64,000 bases of DNA from Eledone cirrhosa (lineage: Eukaryota). The notes under the pieces are model-generated. The model was not told the DNA's origin. It did no database searches and saw only the letters and a program-made list of their open reading frames with translations. How positions within the stretch are numbered: the stretch's first letter is position 1; each line of letters opens with the position of its first letter. Shown here in pieces: positions 10,488 through 22,050 of the stretch. Where the stretch lies: positions 245,830,001 through 245,894,000 of the forward strand of contig OZ024743.1 in the NCBI GenBank assembly GCA_964016885.1, given 5' to 3'. The translations under genes and the position numbers were made by a program.

Positions 10488-10790
10488 TAGATAGATATGT
10501 AGGTAGGTAGGTAAATAGATAGACAGATAGATAGATATGTTTGTAAGTAGATAGATATGTAGGTAGGTAGGTAGGTAAATAGATAGACAGATAGATAGAT
10601 ATGTTTGTAAGTAGATAGATAGATATGTAGGTTGGTAGGTAGGTAAATAGATAGACAGATAGATAGATATGTTTGTAAGTAGATAGATAGATAAGTAGGT
10701 AGGTAGGTAAATAGATAGACAGATAGATAGATATGTTTGTAAGTAGATAGATAGATATGTAGGTTGGTAGGTAGGTAAATAGATACAGAA
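10486..10790. repeat. (GATA)/(GTAG) compound microsatellite with a ~60-bp higher-order period
   Basis: gtaggtaggtaaatagatagacagatagatagatatgtttgtaa repeated about 5 times. Confidence 0.9.
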
Positions 10791-11209
10791 AGAGTTATAC
10801 ATAGAGGTACAACTCAATGTGTGTGTGTTGTAGAAGCTACAGTTTATTTTGCTGTCATATCTAGCAAGACAGGTTACCACAACATGGCCCTTGCCTGTAC
10901 GACAGACAGGTACACAGACAGATAGATTAAGGGTCAATTGCAGTCACTCTAACAGATGTACACACACAGTATAATGACTGCAACGTTATAGTTCTCTGTC
11001 TATCTAATCTCTTTCTACAACTCTCTCACTATCTCTCTATCTCTTGTTGGCTTTGTTTGCTACGTTTCCATGTCATTGCTCACTCTATATATTATAGCCT
11101 CCCTCTCTCTCTTTATATATATATATGTGTGTGTGTATATATATATACACACACATTATAAATCATAGCAAAGAGAGAAGGCACATAATAAATTATATCA
11201 GATAAAAGG

Positions 11210-11253
<44 letters not shown>

Positions 11254-11607
11254 CACACGCATGTTGATGTGATTCCCAAAAGAATGAAAACATTGTAAAA
11301 GTAAATGTTAAAATTATGAAATGAATTATAATAAAAAATGTCCTTGATGCTCAAATATAAATAATGTAAATAACAATTAAAATGAAAAAAAAATAATAAT
11401 AAATTAATTTAACAATAGCTTTGCTGGGACATTTTCCTTATATCATTATTTATTACATTAATAGACAAATCCAGTTCATTCTCCCTCGAAGAATACTTAC
11501 TGTTCAGAATATGGAAAAGAATTCAAGAAATTGAAATCAATTATTGTGATTACCGAAAGAATGAAAAATAAATTGAAAAAAATAAAACTCAATGGTGAAA
11601 TTATGAA

Positions 11608-11756
11608 ATTACCCAGTGCATTACTGGTACTTTATTTTATCGACCCCGTAAGGATGAAAGGCAAAGTCAACCTCGGCGGGATTTGAACTCAGATCGTAAA
11701 GGGACGTAACTATGCTGGAAAGCATGGCGTCCGACCCTCTACCGATACTGCCAATG
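11608..11756 (-). mobile_element. tRNA-derived SINE family A (partial)
   Basis: Matches the full copy at 31858-32050 (B box gagttcaaatcc; cccagtgcattactgg). Confidence 0.85.
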
Positions 11757-11759
11757 TAA

Positions 11760-13170
11760 TAATAAAGATTATTAGGATTTCCCAATCTTGAAAGTGATAC
11801 ATGTAGTTGACCATGAGAAAATACTTCATTTTTAAGATTGATACCAACTGTTTTAAATGTTTGACCTTGTGATTTATTTATTGTCATAGCAAAAAGATAG
11901 TTTAACTGGAAATTCTAATCTTGTACTCCTCACTGGCTCCATAACCTCCTGTTACAAACTTATTAACTTCATTATATTGGTCATTATTATGTATTCTTAG
12001 AACAGCAGCATTGCTACCTTTATTAAAGTACTTAATTATATATACTATAGCTTGAACAGAGGAACAAAGCTCTACATTGATGTGGCATTTAAATACTTTC
12101 AAAAGTAATGGATTGTAAGGTACAATCCACCTATTGTCAATTGTATATGTTTTTGTGTTTCTTGTTATTGATGCTGTTCTTCCTCCATCTTCTGTTTTCC
12201 CCCGTCTATATAAGGGATATCCTGTGACATCTGCCCTGGTTTCATTAATTAAATATTTTGGGTAATTTTTCCCACAATTTTGCATCATTCATACATGGAC
12301 ATTGCAGATTTAATAAACCACATGGACCATGAACCATTTGTGTAGTGACAATATCATAAAGATTAGGATCATTAATTGGATTAGGAATTTCTGCAGAGAT
12401 TACTGAATCTAATTGATTTGGATAAATTGTTTGCTCTAACCAAAGTAAGATATGAGTATGTGGTAAGCTTCTTTTCTGCCATTCTACTGTATATATGTAG
12501 GCCTTTGTTTTGCCAAATATTCCACCTCCCTTATGAAACAATATTTTCATCATTTTGTTTAACTTTTGCTTGAAAACTCTTGCAATTATGTTGTGCCTAT
12601 CTTCGGGTTTTTGACCTTTGTATAGGCTCTCTATGATCTCATTCCATTTAGGATTGCAAGTGAATGTTATAAATAAATCAGGCCTACCATATTCTTTCAC
12701 ATAACACATTGCATCTTGAGTTCTTTCCTTCCAATATCTTGGACTTCCAACAAAAGTAGAAGGTAAAATTACAGCCCTACCTTGTGCATTGAGTATTCCT
12801 TCATTATTTAGAGAATCTTTTAAAAGCAAATACTCTTCGACCCTTAGCTTGGTTTGGTGCTGTTTAATGTACAATAATTGTTCAAACTCAATTTTGGCAT
12901 ACATATCAACTAAATACATTTAGAACAATCGTTTACATCTTACAATTTGATTCCAAATATTTCTTAGTTGTAAATGGTATGCATAATATTGCCTCATGTA
13001 ACGTTCTTATTTGGGACTGTTTGATTTGTATTTGGGTTGTATAAAGGTAAATCCAATGAATAGCCATCATTTCCTCTCCAATGAATCAAAGGATATTGCA
13101 ATGGATCATAGGATCTATGTAATTCATTGATTTTCTTTACAGTGTTATCTTTATAAGTAACTGCATTATA
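11760..13170 (-). mobile_element. Helitron RepHel pseudogene fragment (Rep domain joined to the helicase C-terminal motif; large internal deletion)
   Basis: GSPRY...QDAM...GRPDLFITFTCNPKW, VEWQKRSLPHTHILLW, HGPCG, DNRWIVPYNP...HINVE; then [12 protein letters not shown]...FSHGQL.VSLSR. Confidence 0.92.
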
Positions 13171-13308
13171 CAATGAACTTATTCTGTGATGAATTTGACC
13201 TTGTATTTTAAAAACTCAGATGAATCCTGGCAGAGATATTTATTCACCAACTTCAAAGGGGAGTAAGCAATTGATTCAAAAAGCCGCTATTAGCTAATAT
13301 ATATTAAA

Positions 13309-13512
13309 TCATCATCATCATCATTGTTTAACGTCTATCTTCCACACTAGCATGGGTTAGACGAGTTGGTCCCATTTAAAGGCAAGTTGGGTCGGGTGAC
13401 TGTGTCTTGCTCATATATGACTGTTTCTGGCTGGTTTTCTATGGCTGGATGCCATTCCTAGAGCCAACCACATTTACAGTGTGTGCTGGGTGCTTTTTGT
13501 CATGACACCTTC
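13309..13512 (-). mobile_element. RTE-tailed SINE/LINE 3' fragment
   Basis: (cat)n tail, ctagcatgggttagac, ggctggatgcc core, one module. Confidence 0.8.
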
Positions 13513-15260
13513 TTCATCACTCTTACCAAGTCTGCAATCAGGATATTAAACTTAGCACTATTGGACATCACTGAGTTTTTGTGTATTAATTATTTGGAGG
13601 CCAAGGGTTTAGCATAATGTGAGTGGAGGATTTGGGTTTTCTCGTTTATAGTATGTAACCAGAGTTCTGTGTCCAGTACTGGTAGTCTATTGTTAAGGTA
13701 TTTGGAAGGGTAGTCGATAGTTACTGTGATGTTCTGGTGTATGGAATTAGCTATCTGCTAGATGTTCTCCATGGTGTTAGTTACTACTTCGAGTTTATTG
13801 GTACTCTCTTGTGGGGTGTTTTCATTACTATATTATTATCATCTACATAACGAGAGTACATGATGAGGGCTATGGAGTTCTCTGCTAAGCATTCTCTGAG
13901 TTTCCTTTCCCACCATACCATAAATAGGTTGGCAATATTGCCAACTAGGCTGATGCCGATGGCTGCTCCTTCATCTTGGATGAACATTTTCTTATTAAAT
14001 TTGAACATGTGGCCCTTTAGGGTAATTTTAATGCTAGCCGCTACCACATTTGCAATCATTTTTCTCACCTGATCGTTATTCTTGGGTGTCTGTATGGCTT
14101 TGGTCCTCCTATTTCATTTTCCTATGGGAGTCTTTTTAGTCATCAAAGTCGGGGGGTCTACCTCTTATTGGTCTACTGGGGTAGAAACTGCTAAGGTCAT
14201 AATGATTAAGATATTCTCTGTCATATGTAAGTCTAAGTAGGAGACCCAATTCATCTGTGTCAACGTCACAGAACTCTACCTCACTCTTACTGATTATTTC
14301 CACACATTTTTCTACAACAAAATCTGTGTCAGTGGATGGGTACAGGGACACTACATCCATGCTGCCTATCATGCAGTTTGTCAAGTCTTCAGTGTAGTTG
14401 CAATCATTGATTCTGCTGAGGAGGTCCCCTGAGCTGTCACACACGTTTGGGTACATCTTAATTATGGAGTATACAATCAAAGAGAAAAAGTAGGAGATCC
14501 TGTAGTTGATAGCTATATTGGCTTCACATACAGGTCTTATTGGTGGTCTTGTCTTAGGGTTGCTAGCTGTTTTATAGTCTTTGCAGAGCCCATACAAGGG
14601 TGGTATGTCGTTGTTTGAGACTTGGAAATTATTGGCTGTGCGTCTACTTGGGTTTAGGATGTCAGTCCACATCATCATGTGAGCATTGAGGATACTTTCT
14701 ATTTCTTCACGTGTCTGTGGTGTTGTTTCACTCATATTGATGATGTGGGGTGGCATAGCCTTCATGTAGTTTGGCATGCTGTCTATTGACATCCTACTGG
14801 ATTTGTCTGTAGGTAAACAATCTACCTCACCACCCCTTGTGCACTGCATGAGGCTAAGTAGGCCCTCTGCAGGTTTTCTTCCAAGTTCTTGGACCTCTGG
14901 TCTGTTTTGTCTCTTAGTATATTGTTCTACTACCTGCCAAAGTTTATTTCTTGCTATGGTCAACTGTGCCTCTGTTTGATCATCTATCTGTTGTTCTATA
15001 CAGACTCTTTTATTAAAAGGTAATTTAATAGGGTAAATTTTGTTCATCTTCTATGTTTTGTCAGATAGGTTGAAGAACAGGTTTCCTAAGGGGTTGTCAT
15101 TAAATCTACCATTATAGTTGTGTGTACTATTATTGTCATTATTGTTATTATAGTAGTTGTTGTTTTCCCTACTGCTACTGTTGTTGTTACTGCTATTTCT
15201 ATTACAACCACAGTAATAACTGTGGTTGTTATATGTATCATTGTTATGTCTATTTCTGTT
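13512..15260 (-). mobile_element. Penelope-like element RT region (inverted 5' part, disrupted)
   Basis: PTDKS, PPLYGLCKDYK, PIRPVC, SMDVVSLYPS, QDEGAAIG, YSRYVDD; thumb motif DYPS...LPVLD...HYAKP. Confidence 0.88.
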
Positions 15261-15295
15261 ATTATAGTTGTTTTTATTCTCTCTACTGAGAGAAC

Positions 15296-16300
15296 ATGAA
15301 AGGGATTTGCCCACTGTTCAGGAGTAAATCATGGAATAGCATAGATAGGACTAAACAAAAGATAGGGAAAGCCACTTCATGGTACAACAACCAGAGATAT
15401 CAGAGTGTCATGCTCGTGGATGCAACTTCTGGAGGTGAACTAGCAAACCGATTTAGAAAGGCCCTAAGAAAGACCCATTTAAAGATTAAAGTGGTAGAAT
15501 AACCTGAAATTATCATAAAATCCCTGATCAGCAAAATTTACCCCTTTAAGAAAACCCACTGTACTAATAAGGAATGTGTAACATGTAGAATAAATCCACA
15601 AAAAATTGTAAAACTAGAAATATAGTCTATATAATAAGATGTACAGAGGATGCCTAAAGAAACATGACCACGACATACATAGGAGAGACAGCCCGGAGCA
15701 TAGGGGAGAGAATAGACCAACACTGGGGTGAACTAAAAGGACAGAAAGAAAGTTTGGGACTATATGAACAGGCCAGACTAAGACATGATGGTAATATAGA
15801 CAACAGAAATTAAAATAATATCTAAACATAGAAATGACTCAACAAGTAGATAAATTAGGGAAATAACTGAAATAAAACTAAGAAAACCGAAGCTGAACAG
15901 AAAACATGAATGGAATAACAACAACAACAACAACAACAACCATACACAAATGCACAATAGTGATCTAAGACAAATATACACAGATACAATAACAACAACC
16001 ACACATAGACACACACTAGTAACCAAAGATAGAATACAAACACACAGAGACTCAGACATGAACACACACCAAACAGAAAACACGCACACAAACGCATGTG
16101 CAAACAGAGACAACAATAAATAAATAAATAAAATAGAATAAGAAAACATTACAGCAATACAACGGGAGCAAACAATAGTATCACTGATGATGTCACAGGT
16201 GTGTGACAAAAGAACTCTGAGAGACTATATTTATATCTATATTTTTTAACTGTTGGTCAGTCAATAATCAACATTGATTGCCAGCTAAATTAATTATAGA
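15296..16300 (+). mobile_element. Penelope-like element 3' part: Cys-rich linker, GIY-YIG endonuclease remnant and 3'UTR
   Basis: VDATSGGELA...IKVVE, CTNKECVTC, NIVYIIRC, YIGETARSIGERIDQH; the Cys linker suggests Neptune type. Confidence 0.82.
16179..16222 (+). ncRNA. Inactivated minimal hammerhead motif at the PLE 3' end
   Basis: tatca-CTGATGA-t-gtcaca-ggtg-tgtgac-AAAA-gaac-tc-tgaga; the expected CGAAA appears CpG-mutated to CAAAA. Confidence 0.6.
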
Positions 16301-16432
16301 TATATACAATATACTGAAGTGAAAACCAACCCAAACCAAACAGTGAGTGTGTTTTATTATATATTTCTGGCAATATTATAACATGACCCTCCCCAAATAT
16401 AACAATATATATAAATATATATATATATATAT

Positions 16433-16773
16433 ATGGAGGCACATGGCTTAGGGGTTAGAGCATTGGCCTTGCAATCGAAAGGTTGTGAGTTCAATTCTCA
16501 GACCGGGTGATGTGTTGTTTCCTTGAGCAAGACACTTATTTCACATTGCTCCAGTTTACTCAGCTGTAGAAATGAGATGATAGGACTGTGGTCCCTATCA
16601 TTCCACTGCAAAGTGGTCGTGTAGGCGCCACGGAAAAAAGCACCCAGCACTCACTGCAAATGAGGTTGGTGTTAGGAAGGGCATCCAGCTGTAGAAGTCA
16701 AGCCAGAATCAGTTCCCGTCCCACTCTTGAAAGCAGGGAAAAGCAGACGTAAAATGATGATCATGATGATGAT
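16433..16773 (+). mobile_element. Full-length tRNA-derived SINE family B with RTE family-2 tail
   Basis: A box tggcttaggggtt, B box gagttcaattct, ccttgagcaagacactt core, one module; tail cccgtccca...gcagggaaaagc.gacgtaaaa(tga)n matches the RTE end at ~19400-19435. Confidence 0.88.
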
Positions 16774-17466
16774 ATATATATAAAGTAAAAAGATGATTAA
16801 CACTGATAAACGATACAGGGAAACTGAATACGATATCTCATATACCTATATTATATATATATATAATCTTTATATAATATATAATCTTTGGTTATATATA
16901 TATATATATATATATAACCAAAGATTAATATGGTTCGTTGATTACTCAACGAACACAGTTTTACAATAGATTAGAAGCACTCAACAGCAGTTTTACTGGA
17001 GTTTTTAATATTATTCAAAATGTTAACAAATGAAAAATATTTGCATAATCAAAATATATACTTTATTATATATATTACCTTTGAAATATCATTATCTATA
17101 AAAGGCAGATTGTTGTTGTTGTGTGTGTGCATGTTCCATGTTTATACATTTGCACAATTTCAAACCGATTCGACTCAAAGTCTGTAAGAATGTTGTAAAT
17201 GGTCTAACTTAGGTCAACGACTATTTATTTATTTCAAACTCACCCACAATTACGGAAATAATTGATAAAACTAAATACATGACGCTTTACCCCTCTAATA
17301 CAATCTGAATACCTCTCTCTACTCCCCTTAAAATTCGATAAAACTACATACATGCTGCAACTTTCTCTTAGAAAGTTATGCACATAACTTTCTATTACCC
17401 CTAATAAGTCCCCACTATCCAGCGAATCTTTGGACCGTTAAGGTGTGATCTCCATGAGTATGTCAT

Positions 17467-18040
17467 TATTTATAAAACAAATTTTGTATTTTATCTGATG
17501 AAAGCGCACCAAGTTTGCTTGGTCGCCCTTGAAATATATATAATAAAATAAATATGGTTTTATAAATATAGTTTCCATTTATTATTATCTTGGAATATTT
17601 ACTCCAGTAACTTGTTGAGTGCTCTATATCAGTTATAGCGAAAATAAAAGTAAAAACGTAAATAAATATAATAAATACGCATGCACATACATATATATAT
17701 ATATATACCAAGATATTAAATAAATGGAAACTATATTTATAAAACCATATTTATTTTATTATATATATTTTAAGGGCAACCAAGCTAACTTTGGTGCGCT
17801 TTTATCAGATAAAATACAAAGTTTGTTTCATAAACAAAGTTAAGGTTTGATTTTCATGGGTACGTCTTTATTTATAAAACAAACTTTGTATTTTATCTGA
17901 TGAAAGCGCACCAAAGTTTGCTTGGTCGCCCTTGAAATATATATAATAAAATAAATATGGTTTTATAAATATAGTTTCTATTTATTATTATCTTGGAATA
18001 TTTACTCCAGTAACTTGTTGAGTTCTCTATATCAGTTATA
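17467..18040. repeat. Direct-inverted-direct triplet of a hammerhead-containing PLE-like terminal repeat
   Basis: Copies at 17469-17638 (+), 17719-17834 (-) and 17870-18040 (+); a further copy at 50975-51080. Confidence 0.85.
17487..17550 (+). ncRNA. Minimal type-I hammerhead ribozyme motif (second intact copy at 17889-17953)
   Basis: tattttat-CTGATGA-aagcgcaccaag/cttggtcgccctt-GAAA-TATATA-TA-ataaaata; stem I pairs and stem III is palindromic. Confidence 0.75.
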
Positions 18041-18085
18041 AACATTTATGTTTGTCGAAATTTCAACAAATTAAATACAACTCCT

Positions 18086-18126
<41 letters not shown>

Positions 18127-18129
<3 letters not shown>

Positions 18130-18451
18130 TCATCATCATCATTTTTACGTCCGCTTTTCCCTGCTTGCAAGGGTTGGACGGGAACTGATTCTGGCTTGAT
18201 TTCTACAGCTAGATGCCTTTCCTAACACCAACCTCATTTACAGTGAGTACTGGGTGGTTTTTTGCCATGGCACCTCCATGACCACTTTGCAGTGGAATGA
18301 TAGGGACCCCAGTCCCTATCATCTCATTTCTACAGCTGAGTAAACTGGAGCAATGTGAAATAAAGTGTCTTGCTCAAGGAAACAGCACATCACCCGGTCT
18401 GAGAATTGAACTCACAACCTTTCGATTGCAAGGCCAATGCTCTAACCACTG
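18127..18451 (-). mobile_element. SINE family B copy
   Basis: Reverse complement of most of 16433-16773. Confidence 0.88.
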
Positions 18452-18548
18452 AATATAAATTATGAATGCAATTACATATAATCACAATCTACAGTATATT
18501 CAGTACATATACATGTGTATGATTGTCTACAGATAAATTCACATTATA

Positions 18549-18952
18549 TCTATATATCTAAAACAGAGAATGTCTGTCTGTCTGTCTCCCTAAAACTCGA
18601 GAACCACCCAACCGATTTTTTTCAAACTTTACACATGTAATACTTATGGTCCTGTGAGTGGTTTGAGCATAAAAGTATTTCAAATTTCCAATGCCCTAGC
18701 ATTAGATAGCTATAACTGCCCTTATAATATCTGTCTGTATGTCTGGCTGTCTGCATTACGACATTATGACACTATCTGTGTGTGTATATATATGTATATA
18801 TAGTGTGTTTATATATGAATATATAGTGTGTGTATATATAGTATGTAACGTTTTTCGAAATATTTACTTCTGCATTCACAGATTGATTTTTTTAGTTTCA
18901 GAAGATCCTGTTAAGGGTGAAAGCAGCGATTCTTCGTTTAAACTTTAATCTG

Positions 18953-18983
<31 letters not shown>

Positions 18984-19365
18984 ATTATATATTCGTGTAC
19001 AGATATTTTTGCATACACAATAACAAAATATAAACAAACATATTTATTTCATGAGGCTCGATAAGGATAAATATATATCAAATATATAAGAACCCTAGAG
19101 CAAATATTGTTCTCATTGCTGACAAGGCAGAAGGGGATATACACGATTGGCTGAAGAAGGACGAGACTGCATTAGTAGTACGACCAATGGTCGCTATCAC
19201 ACCAACAGCAGCAAAAATAACAACAAAAAAGAGAGGGAATGCAATTACATGCTTTTGAAAAATCTTAATGGAAAATGATTTGCCTATTCACCCAAGGCAA
19301 CTTCACTTTTTATTAGGACTGCATCAATTGGTGAACATACGACAAAACTGTTTCAGAAAGAAGGG

Positions 19366-19397
<32 letters not shown>

Positions 19398-20306
19398 TTT
19401 ACGTCCGCTTTTCCCTGCTTGCAAGGGTGGGACGGGTCTTATTCAGCACAGCATCTCTCCACTTGTCACGGTCCTTCGTCATCTCCACCGTGAGCTTCAA
19501 TGATCTGAGGTCTGTTCTCACCACCTCCGCCCATGTTTTTCGTAGTCTACCTCTACCACGTCTTCCTTCAACTGGCATTTCCTGGCACTTCTTCACCCAT
19601 CGGTCATCCTCCATGCGCATCACATGTCCATACCACCTCAGTCTCCTCTCCCATACACTACATTCTATCCCTCTCAGACACAGTTTCTCTCTCAACACAT
19701 TTATGCTGGGTCGTTCACGCACATTTACACTGCACATCCAACGGAGCATGCTTGCCTCATTTCTCTCCAGCCGTCGCATATCCTCTGCGGTTGCTGCCCA
19801 TGTCTCACTACCATGCAGCATCGCGCTCCTCACACAGGCATCATACAACCGGCCTTTCGTACGCAGGGAGAAACCCTTCTTCGTCAACAGAGGAAGCAGC
19901 TCCCTAAACTTCTTCCAACCTGTCCTTATTCTAGATACTATGGCCTCGGAACACCCTCCTCCCATGCTAATCTGATCTCCTAGGTACCGGAAGCTATCCA
20001 CCACTTCTATAGCGCCCTCTCGCATTTGAAAAATGTGTCTATCAGTGCGACTTCTACTGTCTAATTTCCCTGTACATCTACTGCATACATATTTCTCCCT
20101 ACCTGTTAGTTTGCCTGCTATCCCGCTACATCTCTTGTGTACCCAGGACCTGCATTGTGTGCATTTTATAGAATTTATGCCAGTTCCTTTTCTGCATATC
20201 GAACATGGCCATTTCCCTGACGGAATCAGGGTTTTGTCCTCTTTTCTACTCATCAACATGCTAATCTATGTTTAGAATCCCGAGCAACGCTGGGCCATTC
20301 TGCTAG
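18549..20306 (+). mobile_element. Non-autonomous Helitron-like element containing an RTE fragment
   Basis: 5' a|TCtatatatctaaaacagagaatgtctgtctg; 3' hairpin cccgagcaacgctggg followed by CTAG|t; same family as 56718-61717. Confidence 0.6.
19366..20260 (-). mobile_element. RTE LINE family 2, 3' fragment with (GAT)n tail directly after the stop codon
   Basis: ORF 19399-20259: KWPCSIC...CTQC..WVHKRC, FRYLGD, RWYGHV, ending RPTLASREKRT*. Confidence 0.93.
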
Positions 20307-21769
20307 TATATATATATAATGTGAATTTATCTATATATATATAGAGAGAGAGGGGTGGAATGTCTACCTTAATACAAAATCAATAGTAGTTGTGGGCCTA
20401 CTTAGCCTTATTTCACAGTCAGTCATCAGATAGTATAAGTGTTCAGTGATTACTATGCCTCTCGTAACAGCTAAAATTATATTGTATACATATTTATCAT
20501 TTTTTTTTTGCAATTGTTCAAATATAACAATTATTATTATTATTATTGTTGTTTAATTGACTTACCCCCTCCCCCAATATTACTGGACTTGTGCATAAAT
20601 CAGAAACCATTACTATTTTTTTTATTATTATCATTATTGTTTTTAGTCTTATTTTCATTGCATGTTGTCATTGTGTTGCTGAGCAGAGTTCTGAGTACCT
20701 TCAGTATGTGCAGTGTTCTTTTTGGTGTTCTTTCTATTGTATTGTGTACAATGTCATATACATTGGAGTATTTTAAGGTAGATTATTTCTGAAGAAAAAG
20801 AAGACACAATAAGGTGGGATGGTCATAATGGGGAATTAATGAAAGTGCATCTACCTGGTCACTCTCCCTAGTAGGAATAGCAGTAAACTCTCTCCAAAAT
20901 CACATCCTACTGTTTTAAAAAGTAAACATTGGATAATGTAGTCTAAGGTATATTTTTCCTGAAAAAAAAAAAGAAAAAGTGGTATAGCCATGGTTAGAAT
21001 GCCATGATCATACATTTGCTAGATTAGGTTTGACCTGGGACTAAATAACAGCTCTATATAAACTTTGGTGCTATTTTCACTGAGAGTACAATCAACTGAA
21101 GCTTAATACTGCACTTCACTACTCTGTATCTGCACTCCACTTCAGTCCATCTGCACTCTACACCATTGGTGTAGAGTTCCTGCCTCTCTACTCCATCTTC
21201 ACACTACAGTTTCTGTCACTCCTCTCTACTTCATCTGCACTCCACTTCACTCCACCCTACTGCACCTGCGACTCTCCTGCATCTTCACTCCACAGTTTCT
21301 GTCACTCCACTCCATCTTATACTTAAACAATTAATAGTATGTATTTTCTAAATCTCAGTTTCTGGTTTTATTAGTCATTTATCAATGTGCATGGGATCAG
21401 CTCATAGTTCTCCCTTAATTCCACCTGCTCTCATTGACCTGTTAGTGAGCCTCTTGCCAAAGGAAGGTGACTCTGGATGGAACTTCCCCCTACATTTCAA
21501 TGGTGCACTCTTACATTTAGAATATAAAGTTTATAAAAAAAAGTTAAATGTTATGAAATACATTCCAAACAAGGACAAAGAACAAAAATATATGTTAAAA
21601 ACAAACAAAAAAGATAGCAAAAGAAATTTGTCAAAACAATTCTGTAGGGGATTAGAGTGCTCACCCAAAATGTTCTGAAAACCCCATGAGCACCAAAACC
21701 TGGTGATGAACCTATCTGTCAGCAGGTGTGGTAGATTGCAAATAAGAATTTAGGACCCATTTGTGACAA

Positions 21770-22050
21770 CATGAGGAGATGATCATGTTGGCCAGTCAGT
21801 CTATAAAGGAGGATACCTATATGATGATGTGAGGTGCAGTTGGTGATGTTGACCAATAACCAATATTGACCAGTCATCAGGAGTAGACTGTAAGTAAGAA
21901 TATAAGAGGAGACCTTTATGATGATGTGAGTAGGAGTTGGTCATGCTGACCAATTACCAATATTGACCAATCAGAGAGTAGTAGACTGGAAGTAACAAGC
22001 TGGGAACTTTTTATGGTGATGTGAGAAGAAGTTGATCATGTTGACCTCCT
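21770..22050. repeat. Diverged ~97-bp tandem repeat (~3 copies)
   Basis: atgatgatgtgag...gttggt.atg.tgaccaat.accaatattgacca...gagtagactg recurs. Confidence 0.65.

Noticed and set aside
16433-16510. tRNA gene
   Set aside because: A and B boxes belong to a multicopy SINE head that continues into a SINE body; the same holds for family A heads.
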